Part shown: piece after piece, positions 52,968 to 62,708 of the stretch | Numbering within the stretch: position 1 is the stretch's first letter | Layout of the letters: the number at the start of each line of letters is the position of its first letter | Assembly (NCBI GenBank): GCA_965223415.1 | Contig: OZ245002.1 | Span: 2,144,001-2,208,000, forward strand | DNA: 64,000 bases | Source: Myxococcota bacterium | GTDB taxonomy: Bacteria; Myxococcota_A; UBA9160; UBA6930 | Direction: 5' to 3' | The notes under the pieces: generated by a model | The model's input: only the letters and a program-made list of their open reading frames with translations | Database searches by the model: none | Told to the model about the DNA's origin: nothing | Program-made: the position numbers and the translations under genes

Positions 52968-55900
52968 TCGGCGCCGGTGCTCGCCGGGGCCGGGCCGCCC
53001 CGTCGCTCGGCCAGCCACGCGCGGAGGGAGAAGGCGCGCAGGTCGCTGGCCACCGTGTAGAGACACGGCACGAGGAAGAGGGTCACGAGCGTCGAGATCG
53101 CGAGCCCCCAGCCGATGGCGAGGGACATGGGCGCGACGATCGAGTCGTAGCCCCCCAGGCCGTAGGCCATGGGCATGACGCCGCCCAGCGTGGTCAGCGC
53201 GGTCACGACGATCGGCCGCAGGCGGCCGACCACCGCGTCGATGATCGCCTCCAGCCGCTCCTCCTTGTCGCCGCCCGTCGCCTTCACGTTGCGATGCACC
53301 GAGTCGACCATCACGATCGCCGCGTTCACGACCACGCCCGCCAGGCCGATCGTGCCCATCATCGCGAAGAGCGAGAGGGGCTGGCCGTGGAGGAAGAAGG
53401 CCAGGATCACGGCGGTGACGGCGAAGGGGATCACCGCCACGACGAAGGCCGCCTCCAGGAAGGAGCCCAGCATCAGCGCGATCACCAGGCCGATGCCGGC
53501 GAACGCCAGGAGTGCGATGCCGCCGAGATCGCCGGTCGTCTTGCGGGTCTCGACGGCCTCGCCGCCGAGCGAGAGCTCGAGCCCCGTGACGTCCGCGTAG
53601 CTCGGGAAGAGCTCGCGCTCGAGCTTGGTCGCGAAGGAGAGCGGCGTGTGGGCGGCGTCGGGGGCGAAGCCGGCGCGGATCGTCGCGGCGCGCATGCCGT
53701 CCCGATGGTGGATGTTCGCGACCGAAGGCACCTCGATGGGCGTCACGACGTCGCGCAGCTGGACGAGCTCGCCCGCGCGGTTGCGGATGGGAAGGTCGAG
53801 CAGGGCGGCGAGGTCGGTGCGCGCCGCCGGATCGAGCAGGACCCGCAGGTCTGTGGTGTCCTCGAGCTCCCGGTGCTCCGAGGCGATGGCGCCGTGGAAG
53901 GCCACCTGCACGGTCTGCGCCACGGCGTCCGGGTCGAGGCCGCGGAGGGCCAGGCGGTCGTAGTCCAGTGCCAGCTCGACCTGCGGCGTGCCGGGGCGCT
54001 CGTCCACGTCGACGTCTACCAGGCCCTCCTGCGCGCGAACCCAGTCGGCCACCGCGAAGGCGGCGCTGCGCCGCTGCTCGTCGTCATTGGAGGCAACGTG
54101 GACGGTGGCCGCCGAGCCGGCCGGGGGCCCCATGTACTCGGCCTCGAAGGTGAGCTCCACCTGCTCGGGAGCGACGAGCTCGTGGCGGAGCACCTCGAGC
54201 CACTCCGCCGAGGTCTTCTGCTTGTTGAGGCTCGGGAGCACTGCGGTCACCACAGCCTCGTTCTCCGCCGAGCCCCGAGTGGCATCGAAGGCCATGGGGT
54301 CCTTCATGCCGATGCGCGCCGTCGAAGCGACCAGGTCCGTGCCCATCAGCCGTTCGAGCTGGGTCTCGATGGAGGTGACGACGGCCTCGGTCTGCTCGAT
54401 CGGCGTGCCGAGGGGCATGTTCACCAGGACGTGGGCGGCTTCGGAGTCGTCCTGGGAGAAGAGGATGAAGGGCATGCGCGGGGCGATCAGCCCGAGGACG
54501 AGCAGCAGGACCGCGGCGAAGCTCCCCGTGAGGAGCACCCGGTGGTGGAGCGAGACGCGCAGCATCTTGCGGTAGCGCTCCTCCATGCGTCGCACGAAGC
54601 CGCGCTTGCCGGTGCCGGCCGTGCCCATGCCCATCGAGAGGTGGGCCGGGAGGATCAGGAAGGACTCCAGCACCGACATCACCAGCGCCAGGATCACCAC
54701 CGCTGGCATGAGCGCCGTGAACTTCCCGTTCATGCCGCCGAGCCCCCAGAGCGGCAGGAAGGCGAGCATCGTCGTGATGGCGGAGGCCATCACCGGGCGC
54801 GCCATCTCAAGGGCGCCGCCGATGGCCGCCTCCCGGCGGTCCTCGCCCGCCTGACGGCGCGCCACGATTCGTTCGGACACGACGATGGCGTCGTCGACGA
54901 CCATCCCGAGCACGATCACGAGCCCGGTCAGGGTGACCATGTTGATCGCGAAGCCGAACACCGGGAAGAGCGCGAGGGTCGCCAGGAAGACGACGGGGAG
55001 TCCGGCCAGGGTCCAGGCCGCCGACACCGGCGTGAGGAAGACGAAGAGCACGAGCGCCACCAGCGCGATGCCGAGCAGCCCGTTGTTCCACATGAGCTGG
55101 AGGCGATTGCGCGCCATGAACGATTCGTCGCGCACGAACGCGTAGGTGACGCCCTCGGGCAGGGCCACGGACTCGACCACCCCCCGCACCCGGTCGACGG
55201 TCTCGACGATGTCCGCCGTCTCCTGCTTGACCACGACGGCGGTGATGCCGGGCTGGCCATTCGTATGGGCGATCAGGCCGGTGTCCTCCCGGCCGAGCTC
55301 GAGGCGCGCTACGTCGCCGACCGTGAGGGCGCCCCCGCCCGGGAGGAAGCGCACGACGGTGGAGGCGACCTCCCGGGGATCCTCGAAGCGGCTCCAGAGG
55401 ACCACCTGACGCCGGTCGCTCACGCTCTCGAGGATGCCGCCGGTAGCCGACACGTTGCGGCGCCGCACGGCGTCGACCACGTCGAGCACGGTCACGCCGT
55501 TCTCGCGGGCGCGCACCGGATCGACGTAGATGCGCAGCTCCGGATCCTGCAGGCCCACGAGCTCGACCTTCGAGACCTGCTCCACCTTGCGCAGGCGCCG
55601 CTCCAGCAGCTTGGCGCCCTCGACCAGCCGATCGGTGGGGCCTGCCAGGGCGATCTGCACCACCGGGAAGAGCTGCGGGTTCAGCCGCTGGATGTGCGGC
55701 TCGTCTTCCATCTCGGGCGGGAAGTCGTTGATGCCGTCGATCAGCACGCGCAGGTCGCGCTCGGCTTCGCGGACCCGCGCGTCACCCCAATCGTCGTCCA
55801 GCTCGACGACCGTCCGCGCCTGGGCGTCGGAGACGGTGGTTTCGTACTCCTGGAGGCCGTTCAGCTCCTCGACCGCCTCCTGGATCGGGATCGCGACCTT

Positions 55901-56086
55901 GGTCTCGACGTCGCGCGCCGAGGCGCCGGGCAGCACGCTCGTGACGAAGAGGGTGGGGATGGAGATGTTCGGGAAGGTCTCCACCGGCGAGCGGGAGGAG
56001 GCCACGAAGCCCATGGTCACGACCACGGCTACGATCACGTGGACGAGCAGGTGGCGGTCGATGAAGAAGGAGACCAGTGCCTTCAA
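52952..56086 (-). CDS. RND efflux transporter permease (AcrB-like)
   Basis: 1044 aa; GMVVDDAIVVSE, TTMLAFLPL, RLRPIVVTALTT. Confidence 0.95.
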   Translation of the reverse strand: MKALVSFFIDRHLLVHVIVAVVVTMGFVASSRSPVETFPNISIPTLFVTSVLPGASARDVETKVAIPIQEAVEELNGLQEYETTVSDAQARTVVELDDDWGDARVREAERDLRVLIDGINDFPPEMEDEPHIQRLNPQLFPVVQIALAGPTDRLVEGAKLLERRLRKVEQVSKVELVGLQDPELRIYVDPVRARENGVTVLDVVDAVRRRNVSATGGILESVSDRRQVVLWSRFEDPREVASTVVRFLPGGGALTVGDVARLELGREDTGLIAHTNGQPGITAVVVKQETADIVETVDRVRGVVESVALPEGVTYAFVRDESFMARNRLQLMWNNGLLGIALVALVLFVFLTPVSAAWTLAGLPVVFLATLALFPVFGFAINMVTLTGLVIVLGMVVDDAIVVSERIVARRQAGEDRREAAIGGALEMARPVMASAITTMLAFLPLWGLGGMNGKFTALMPAVVILALVMSVLESFLILPAHLSMGMGTAGTGKRGFVRRMEERYRKMLRVSLHHRVLLTGSFAAVLLLVLGLIAPRMPFILFSQDDSEAAHVLVNMPLGTPIEQTEAVVTSIETQLERLMGTDLVASTARIGMKDPMAFDATRGSAENEAVVTAVLPSLNKQKTSAEWLEVLRHELVAPEQVELTFEAEYMGPPAGSAATVHVASNDDEQRRSAAFAVADWVRAQEGLVDVDVDERPGTPQVELALDYDRLALRGLDPDAVAQTVQVAFHGAIASEHRELEDTTDLRVLLDPAARTDLAALLDLPIRNRAGELVQLRDVVTPIEVPSVANIHHRDGMRAATIRAGFAPDAAHTPLSFATKLERELFPSYADVTGLELSLGGEAVETRKTTGDLGGIALLAFAGIGLVIALMLGSFLEAAFVVAVIPFAVTAVILAFFLHGQPLSLFAMMGTIGLAGVVVNAAIVMVDSVHRNVKATGGDKEERLEAIIDAVVGRLRPIVVTALTTLGGVMPMAYGLGGYDSIVAPMSLAIGWGLAISTLVTLFLVPCLYTVASDLRAFSLRAWLAERRGGPAPASTGADQVSA

Positions 56087-57210
56087 GCGGCTTCCCCGTC
56101 GATCACTACCGCGGCGCCGTCGCGGAGGGCGAAGAGACCGTCGACGACGACGCGCTCGCCGGCGCGGACGCCGGAGAGTACCTCCACTCGGTCTCCCACC
56201 TGGCGGCCGAGCTTCACGGCGCGGCTCACTGCCCGCGAGCCCTCACCGCCGCCTTCGACCACGAACACGACCAGCTTCCCGCCGCGGCGCACGAGGGCGC
56301 CGCGGGGAACCTGGGGCCCGGTGGTCGCGCCTTCCGGCGCCGGGAAGTTCAGCTGCGCCACCAGGCCGGCGCGAAGCCGCCCGTCCGGGTTGTCGAGCCA
56401 CAGCTCGACCGGGTAGGTGCCGGTCTGGGGATCGGCCAGCTTGCCGACGCTCTGCACCGTGACGTCGTGCTGGCGGCCGCCGAGGGCGGGGATCGAGAGG
56501 CGGGCCTGCATGCCCGGCGCCAGGGAGTCGGCCTCGGCAGCGGTCACGCCGGCGCGCACCCGCACCTTCGAGAAGTCGGCCAGGGTGGTGACCGGTGTGC
56601 CCGGGGCGAGGAAGTCGCCGACCTGCACCGCGACGTCCTCGACGGTGCCGTCGAAGGGCGCGCGGACGGTAGCGTCGGCGAGGGAGCGACGGGCGCGGCG
56701 GAGCCGGGCCTCGGCCAGGGCAACGGCGGCCTCGGCGCGCTGCTCACCGAAGCCCAGCGTGTCGTGCTGGCGCTCGCTCATCGCATCCTTCGCGCGCAGC
56801 GCGTCGCCGCGCTCGCGCTGGCTGCGGGCGTCGGCGAGATCGGCGCGGCGTGCGGCCAGGTCGGCCCGCGCCTCGTCGACCGCGATGCGGAGCTGGGTGC
56901 CGTCGAGCTCGACCAGCGGGTCGCTCTCCGACACGGTCTGGCCCGGCTCGACGAGGCGGGCGGTGACGCGGCCAGACACCTCGGCGGCCACGGTGGCGGT
57001 GCGGAAGGCGGAAGTGACCCCGGTGGCCTCGGCGAGGCCCACGGCGGAGCCGCTCGCGGCCGTTGCCACGCGGACGCGCAGGGCGGTGCGCGGCGCCGTG
57101 GCCGGCCGGGTCGTCTCCCCGGGCTGGGCGTGGGCGGGCGGGGTCCCGTCGCATCCGAGCGTGGGGAGCCAGGAGAGCAGGGCGACGAGGAGAAGGGCGA
57201 GCCTCGTCAT
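56083..57210 (-). CDS. RND periplasmic adaptor (membrane fusion protein)
   Basis: Lipobox-like LGC, AEVSGRV, VRAPFDG, G..L.AG, GERVVVDG. Confidence 0.93.
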   Translation of the reverse strand: MTRLALLLVALLSWLPTLGCDGTPPAHAQPGETTRPATAPRTALRVRVATAASGSAVGLAEATGVTSAFRTATVAAEVSGRVTARLVEPGQTVSESDPLVELDGTQLRIAVDEARADLAARRADLADARSQRERGDALRAKDAMSERQHDTLGFGEQRAEAAVALAEARLRRARRSLADATVRAPFDGTVEDVAVQVGDFLAPGTPVTTLADFSKVRVRAGVTAAEADSLAPGMQARLSIPALGGRQHDVTVQSVGKLADPQTGTYPVELWLDNPDGRLRAGLVAQLNFPAPEGATTGPQVPRGALVRRGGKLVVFVVEGGGEGSRAVSRAVKLGRQVGDRVEVLSGVRAGERVVVDGLFALRDGAAVVIDGEAA

Positions 57211-57875
57211 GACGTCTCCTGGGCTCCGCGGTGCTCGGCGATGGCGCGCATCGCGGTGTTCAGGTCGTCGGCCAGGCGAGCCGGGTCGATCCCGTTCGGG
57301 TCGAACAGCCGCGAGACGAACGCACCCTCGGAGAAGGCCATCGTGAGGCGCGCCACCTCTTCGGCGACCCGCCCTTCCACGGGCTCGCCTTCCAGGGCGC
57401 GCACGCGCTCGATGCTACCGCGCACCAGGCTCCGCGCGCGCTCGCGGCCGCGGCGCAGGCGCTCCATCAGGGCGGGCTCCCGATGGCCGAGCTCGAGAGC
57501 GAGGAGCAGCGAGAGCCGCATGAAGAAGGGGAGGCGGCGGCTCGCCTCTTCGATGCTCCGCGAGACCCAGGCGACGAGCGCCTCCGCGTCCGCGCCGGGC
57601 CCCGGCTCCGAGGCCTCGAGGTCCGCCACCCAGCGCTCGGTGGCCCGCTCCACCACCGCCGCCGCCAGGTCGTCCTTGCTCTCGAAGTGCCAGTAGATCG
57701 AGCTGGCGGGCAGGCCGGAGGCCTCCCGGATCGCGGCGATGCCTGTGCCTGCGTAGCCGCGCTCGGCGAAGAGCCGCTCGGCGGCATCCAGGATGCGCCC
57801 ACGGGAGCGCACGCCGTCGGCACGAGCGGCGCCGCGCCGCGGGCGCGAGGAGGATCGGGGCAGGGTCTGCGGCAT
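57207..57875 (-). CDS. TetR family regulator of RND operon
   Basis: RILDAAERLFAERGY..SSIYWHFESKDDL. Confidence 0.92.
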   Translation of the reverse strand: MPQTLPRSSSRPRRGAARADGVRSRGRILDAAERLFAERGYAGTGIAAIREASGLPASSIYWHFESKDDLAAAVVERATERWVADLEASEPGPGADAEALVAWVSRSIEEASRRLPFFMRLSLLLALELGHREPALMERLRRGRERARSLVRGSIERVRALEGEPVEGRVAEEVARLTMAFSEGAFVSRLFDPNGIDPARLADDLNTAMRAIAEHRGAQETS

Positions 57876-57902
57876 CGGGGTCCGAAGGGGGCGCGGCGAA
57901 CC

Positions 57903-57918
57903 TGGAACGATCGCTACA
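57903..57918. promoter_or_regulatory. Candidate TetR operator
   Basis: Imperfect palindrome TGGAACGATCGCTACA just upstream of the TetR gene; TTGACG further upstream on minus strand. Confidence 0.5.
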
Positions 57919-57972
57919 GGATCGCGAACTCCGTCGCGCCGTCAAGTGAAGCTGCGGGGCTGGCCCCGTCTC

Positions 57973-58713
57973 TCAACGGGGTTGGTTGTCGACGGTCAGG
58001 ATGCGGCCGGCGCTCTCCGGGTCCCGGACCAGCTCCAGGACGGCGGCTGCGATGTCCTCGGGCTGCAGCATCTCCACCGTGTCGATCACGGCCTGGAGCC
58101 AAGCCGCCGGTCCGTTCGTCCCCGTCTCCTCGGGCATGGGCGTCGCGACCAGGCCCGGGCAGACGCAGCTCACCCGGACGTCGTGGCTCTCGGCGAGGGG
58201 CACGCAGGACTTGGTGAAGTGCACGACGCCGGCCTTGGTGGCGACGTACACGGCCTGGGGCGGCAACGGGACGAACGCTCCGCCGGACGCGGTGTTGACG
58301 ACGGCGCCGCCCCCGCTGCGCCGTATCGGCTCGAGGGCGAGCTGGGTGCCGAGGACGACGCCGCGCAGGTTCACGTCGATGATGGCGGCGGCGCGTTCGC
58401 TCGGCACCTCCGGCCAGTCGGTCGTGCCCTCGCCGATGCCCGCGTTGTTGTGCACGACGTGGAGCGCGCCGAAGCGCGCCTCGGTCTCGGCGAACAGGTG
58501 GCGCAGGGAGGCGAGGTCCGAGACGTCCGTCTCCAGGGCAAGCGCGTCGGCGCCCGCCTTCCGCACCTGCTCGGCCGTCTCTTCCGAGAGCGACTGCTTC
58601 ACATCCGCGACCACGACGGCCCGCGCGCCTTCCTTCGCGAGAGCGACGGCGGTGGCCCGCCCGATTCCCCGCGCGGCCCCCGTGACGATCGCTACCTTCC
58701 CCGTGATCTCCAT
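57973..58713 (-). CDS. SDR oxidoreductase
   Basis: TGAARGIG, HNNAGI, YVATK. Confidence 0.92.
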   Translation of the reverse strand: MEITGKVAIVTGAARGIGRATAVALAKEGARAVVVADVKQSLSEETAEQVRKAGADALALETDVSDLASLRHLFAETEARFGALHVVHNNAGIGEGTTDWPEVPSERAAAIIDVNLRGVVLGTQLALEPIRRSGGGAVVNTASGGAFVPLPPQAVYVATKAGVVHFTKSCVPLAESHDVRVSCVCPGLVATPMPEETGTNGPAAWLQAVIDTVEMLQPEDIAAAVLELVRDPESAGRILTVDNQPR

Positions 58714-58749
58714 GACCGGCCAGGGTCGCCCAGGCCCCGAGGTGTCGCC

Positions 58750-59550
58750 ATCGCACGCTCCCGCGAGACTGCCCTCGTCACCGGCGCCTCCGCGGGCATC
58801 GGCCTCGAGCTGGCCCGGCAGTTCGCCGAGCACGGCCACGACCTCATCGTCGTCGCCCGGCGCGAAGACGAGCTGGAGGCGCTGGCGGAGCGCTGCCGCA
58901 AGGAGCACCAGGCCTACGTCCACGTGCTGCCGATGGATCTGCTCGCGCCGGACGCGCCCGCCAAGCTCGCCCGGCAGCTCGAGGACGACGCCCTCGACGT
59001 CGACGTGCTGGTGAACAACGCCGGCCTGATGGACATGGGCGCCTTCGCGGAGATCGGCGTCGGCCAGCACGAGCGGCTCGTCCAGCTCAACGTGATGGTC
59101 CTGGCGTCGCTCACCCGGAGGCTCCTGTCTCCGATGATCGAGCGCGGACACGGCAGGATCCTGAACGTCGCCTCCACCTCCTCCTTCCAGCCCGTCCCCT
59201 CGATGGCGCTCTACGCGGCGAGCAAGGCCTTCGTGCTCTCCCTCTCCGAGTCGCTCTCGGAGGAGCTGAAGGGAACCGGTGTGACGGTGACCGCGCTGTG
59301 CCCCGGCGTGACGAAGACCGAGATGTACGAGCACGCCCAGGAAGAGCATGAGGTCGCGCGCTCGCTCCCCGGGTTCTTCCTCTCCGAGGTCGAAGACGTC
59401 GCCCGCGAGGGCTACGAGGCGTGCATGGCCGGTACGGCGGTCGTGGTTCCGGGTCTCGCCAACCGTGCGGTGGCGAGCGCGGTCCAGCTCTATCCGCGCT
59501 GGCTCGTGCGCACCGTCGGCGGGCTGATGGGACGGCGGACTACCCGGTGA
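58750..59550 (+). CDS. SDR oxidoreductase, start codon apparently ATC
   Basis: ALVTGASAGIG, LVNNAG, YAASK, CPG; no nearby in-frame ATG/GTG/TTG. Confidence 0.8.
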   Translation: MARSRETALVTGASAGIGLELARQFAEHGHDLIVVARREDELEALAERCRKEHQAYVHVLPMDLLAPDAPAKLARQLEDDALDVDVLVNNAGLMDMGAFAEIGVGQHERLVQLNVMVLASLTRRLLSPMIERGHGRILNVASTSSFQPVPSMALYAASKAFVLSLSESLSEELKGTGVTVTALCPGVTKTEMYEHAQEEHEVARSLPGFFLSEVEDVAREGYEACMAGTAVVVPGLANRAVASAVQLYPRWLVRTVGGLMGRRTTR

Positions 59551-59890
59551 AGAAGTCGGCGCGTGGCGTGAACGTCTCGTCGTACACCGGCTCCGAGAGG
59601 TCGACGCGGTACTTCAGCGTCTCCGCTCCGGTGAGGCCGAAGGACGCGATCGTCTCCCGCATCGCCAGGTAGTGGGGGCCCTTGAAATGGGCCTCGAGGG
59701 CGGCCTGGTTCTCCCAGCGCTCGAAGACATAGATGCGCCCCGGGGTGAGCCGGTCTGCGCTCCACTGGTAGTCCATGCAGCCGGCCTGGGCGCGGGTGGC
59801 CGCCATGTGCGGCTTGCCCGCCTCCAGGGCTTGCTCGACGCGCTCCGGGTCCACGTCGATCGTGCCGGCGATCAGGATGGGTTCACTCAT
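59540..59890 (-). CDS. Putative quinol monooxygenase (ABM family)
   Basis: ATRAQAGCMDY..VFERWENQAALEAHF..PH. Confidence 0.88.
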   Translation of the reverse strand: MSEPILIAGTIDVDPERVEQALEAGKPHMAATRAQAGCMDYQWSADRLTPGRIYVFERWENQAALEAHFKGPHYLAMRETIASFGLTGAETLKYRVDLSEPVYDETFTPRADFFTG

Positions 59891-60630
59891 GACGTCAGGT
59901 TGCCTCCGTTGATGCCGATGGTCTGGCCTGTCACCCAGGCGGCCTCGTCCGAGGCCAGCCAGACGACCGCGGCACCGACGTCCTCCGGGGTGCCCACCCG
60001 GCCGACCGGAACCGTCTTCGCGATCGCCGCCGTCTGCTCCGCACTGCCGCTCGCCATCAGCCCGAGGGCCAGGGTGTTCGCCGTGACGCCGGAGCGTGCG
60101 ACCTCCATGGCCAGGTGGCGCATGAAGGCGATGCCCCCGCCCTTGCCGGCGCCGTAGGCCGTGACGCCGAGCGGAATGCCGGTCTGGCCGGCGCCGGAGG
60201 AGATCGTGATCACCCTCCCGAAGCCGCGCTCGCACATGCCGTCGATCACCGCCTTCGTTCCGTTGAGGACGCCGTAGAGGTTGAGGTCAACGAACCGGGC
60301 CCATTCGGCCGGGTCCATCTCGCGGAACGAGGCGAGCCCCATGCCCGGCGGCACGCCGGCGTTGTTCACGAGGACGTCCACGGGGCCCAGGGCGGCTTCC
60401 ACCCTGGCGACGCCCGTCCGGAACGCCTCGAGATCGGTCACGTCGAAGACGGCGGGCATGGCCTTGCCGCCGTCGGCGGCGATCGCGTCTGCCGTCGTCC
60501 GCGCCCGATCCTCGGCCAAATCGTTCACGGCCACCGCCGCACCCCGGCCCGCCAGCATCCGGGCGATACCAGCACCGACGTTCTGCCCGGCGCCGGTCAC
60601 CAACACCACTCGCCCCGTGAGCTCGAACAC
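59887..60630 (-). CDS. SDR oxidoreductase
   Basis: TGAGQNVG, LVNNAG, YGAGK, WVTGQTIGINGG. Confidence 0.92.
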   Translation of the reverse strand: MFELTGRVVLVTGAGQNVGAGIARMLAGRGAAVAVNDLAEDRARTTADAIAADGGKAMPAVFDVTDLEAFRTGVARVEAALGPVDVLVNNAGVPPGMGLASFREMDPAEWARFVDLNLYGVLNGTKAVIDGMCERGFGRVITISSGAGQTGIPLGVTAYGAGKGGGIAFMRHLAMEVARSGVTANTLALGLMASGSAEQTAAIAKTVPVGRVGTPEDVGAAVVWLASDEAAWVTGQTIGINGGNLTS

Positions 60631-60632
60631 GC

Positions 60633-61406
60633 CTAGCGTCCCTTGAAGGTCGGTGTGCGCTTCTCGAAGAACGCGGCCATCGCCTCGCGCGTATCCTGGG
60701 AGGAGCCCGTCACGCTCTGGGCCATCGCCTCGACGTGTAGGGCCTCGGAGAGGCTCGAGCCGAAGGCCTGGGTGAGCATCCGCTTGGTCAGCTGCAGGGC
60801 GAGGGGCGGGCCCTCGGCGAGGCGCCCGGCCCAGTCGTCGACGAACGCGTCCAGCTTCTCGTCCGGAACGACCCGGTTGACGATCCCGATGCGCTCCGCT
60901 TCCTCGGCGGACACGATGTCGGCCAGAAGGGCGAGCTCCTTCGCCTTGTGCAGGCCCACGAGGCGGGGGAGGATCCACGAGCCGCCGAGATCGAGGGCGA
61001 GCCCGCGGCGCGCGAAGATTTCGGAGAAGCGCGCGCTCTCGCCGGCCACGATCAGGTCGCAGCCGAGGGCGAGGTTGAGGCCCGCGCCCACCGCGACCCC
61101 GTTCACCTTCGCGATGACCGGCTTCGGGATCTCGTGCAAAGCGAGACCGACCCAGCCGTAGTACTGCATGCGATCGAGCTGGTGCCACTTGGCGTTGCCG
61201 TCGGGGGTGAGATCGGCGCCCCCGCAGAAGGCACCGTCGGCGCCGGTCAGCACCATCACGCGGTCGCTGGCGCTCTCGCCGACCTCGCGAAAGACCTCCG
61301 CCAGCTCTGCCCACATGGGCCCGTTGATTGCGTTCTTCTTCTCGGGCCGGTTGAGGGTGACGGTGACCACCCCGTTGTCCGTTCGCTCGACGAGCAGTGT
61401 CTCCAC
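60633..61406 (-). CDS. Enoyl-CoA hydratase/isomerase family protein
   Basis: LNRPEKKNA, AFCGGADL, PKPVIAKVNGVAVGAG, FFEKRTPTFKGR; AGGAGG RBS. Confidence 0.93.
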   Translation of the reverse strand: METLLVERTDNGVVTVTLNRPEKKNAINGPMWAELAEVFREVGESASDRVMVLTGADGAFCGGADLTPDGNAKWHQLDRMQYYGWVGLALHEIPKPVIAKVNGVAVGAGLNLALGCDLIVAGESARFSEIFARRGLALDLGGSWILPRLVGLHKAKELALLADIVSAEEAERIGIVNRVVPDEKLDAFVDDWAGRLAEGPPLALQLTKRMLTQAFGSSLSEALHVEAMAQSVTGSSQDTREAMAAFFEKRTPTFKGR

Positions 61407-61456
61407 GGCGTCCTCCTGGGTCCGCCATAATGGCACGGGCGCGGTAGCATCGCCCC

Positions 61457-61888
61457 ATGAACGAATACCCCCGCAACGAGGTCGAGGAGGCCTACCGGCA
61501 CTTCGTGGCCGTCGGTGACAGCCAGGACTGGGACGCCTGGGCCGATCTCCACACCGAGGACGGCGTCTGGGTGGAGCATCACCTGGGCACGATCCGCGGC
61601 CGCGAGGCGATCCGGAAGACGATCGTCGCCGCCATGGCGGCGGCCCCGCCGATGGAGTTCCCCGTGGCCTGGTCGGTGATCGAGGGCAACCGGGTCGTCT
61701 TCTATCCGTGGCAGGTCTTCCCCGATCCCACCGGTGGCGGCGAGCTCTACCGTTTCGGCTGCGTGACGATCCTCGAGTACGCCGGCGACGGCCTCTGGTC
61801 CTTCCAGGAGGACCTCTACAACCCGCGCGAGGCCGAGGAGGTCATGAAGCGCTGGATCGCCGCGGGCGGAAAGCTGCCAGGACGCTAG
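61457..61888 (+). CDS. NTF2/SnoaL-like protein
   Basis: YPRNEVEEAY..DWDAWADL..GREAIR..YAGDGLWSFQEDLYN. Confidence 0.85.
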   Translation: MNEYPRNEVEEAYRHFVAVGDSQDWDAWADLHTEDGVWVEHHLGTIRGREAIRKTIVAAMAAAPPMEFPVAWSVIEGNRVVFYPWQVFPDPTGGGELYRFGCVTILEYAGDGLWSFQEDLYNPREAEEVMKRWIAAGGKLPGR

Positions 61889-61892
61889 GCGT

Positions 61893-61967
61893 GCAAGAGT
61901 GGGGACGTTCCTTGCATCTTGCGTTCTCGTTGAGAACGCAAGATGCAAGGAACGTCCCCACTCTTGC
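61893..61967. repeat. Perfect inverted repeat, 36-bp arms, 3-nt loop (REPIN-like element copy 2)
   Basis: gcaagagtggggacgttccttgcatcttgcgttctc-gtt-reverse complement; same arm as 402-477. Confidence 0.95.
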
Positions 61968-61973
61968 GTATTT

Positions 61974-62177
61974 CTACTCGCTGTTGTCGGGCTTGCGGAG
62001 GGCGCCGAGGAATACCGTGCCGAGGGCCAGCAGGATCTCGTCGGCGAAGGGGATGGCGTCCGGGATGAAGAGGTCGAGGGCGAACACGGCGGCCATCAGC
62101 CAGAAGAGATGCGGATGGCGCAGGCGGCGGGCGAAGCGGGCGATCAGGGCGCCGAGGGTGGCTCGTCCGGCGGACAC
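61974..62177 (-). CDS. Small membrane protein (DUF6116-like)
   Basis: RLRHPHLF..FALDLFIPDAIPFADEILL. Confidence 0.7.
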   Translation of the reverse strand: MSAGRATLGALIARFARRLRHPHLFWLMAAVFALDLFIPDAIPFADEILLALGTVFLGALRKPDNSE

Positions 62178-62199
62178 GGCCCGAGCATAGCCCTTGTCC

Positions 62200-62676
62200 T
62201 CAGTCGTAGCGGCGGCCCTCGTGACGCAGCCATCCGCCCGGGTGGCGGCCGTCCGGATCGTGATGGGTCCAGTGGATCACGCCGCCTCGCTCGTTCCACT
62301 CGTATTCGCCCTTGAACTGCACGAGGTCGCCGCGGTGGAGCTCCGGGATGCGTGGCGCCAGGTCGATGTTGTGGGCGATGAGCACCGTGTGGCCGGAGTC
62401 GAGGGCGAGGATGAACCGCTGGTGGCGGGAGCCCTTCTCGTCGTCCCGCAGCACCTTCTCGACCCGGCCCTCCCCGGTGACCAGGATGTCGCTGCTGCCG
62501 GCACGGAAGGCCTCGCCGATCATGTCGTAGCCGTCGGCGGGGCGCGCGGTGGCGGCCGGCGCCGCCGCGGGATCGGGCAGTCCTGCGTCCTCTTGTCGGG
62601 GAGGCAGGTCTCTCAGGAAATAGACGCCGACCAGCAGTGCCAGCAGGAACACGCCGCGGAAGTTGCGCAGCTTCAT
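62200..62676 (-). CDS. DUF3465-like exported protein
   Basis: DDEKGSRHQRFIL..LIAHNIDLAPRI..GEYEWNERGGVIHWTHHDP. Confidence 0.85.
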   Translation of the reverse strand: MKLRNFRGVFLLALLVGVYFLRDLPPRQEDAGLPDPAAAPAATARPADGYDMIGEAFRAGSSDILVTGEGRVEKVLRDDEKGSRHQRFILALDSGHTVLIAHNIDLAPRIPELHRGDLVQFKGEYEWNERGGVIHWTHHDPDGRHPGGWLRHEGRRYD

Positions 62677-62708
62677 CGGCCGCAGGGTAGCAGCGGTAAG
62701 CTCGGGCC

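Noticed and set aside
52514..56416. 1300-aa plus-strand ORF
   Set aside because: Antisense shadow of the RND permease
52952..57875. RND system lacking an outer-membrane factor as a novelty
   Set aside because: Sharing a TolC-like channel encoded elsewhere is common
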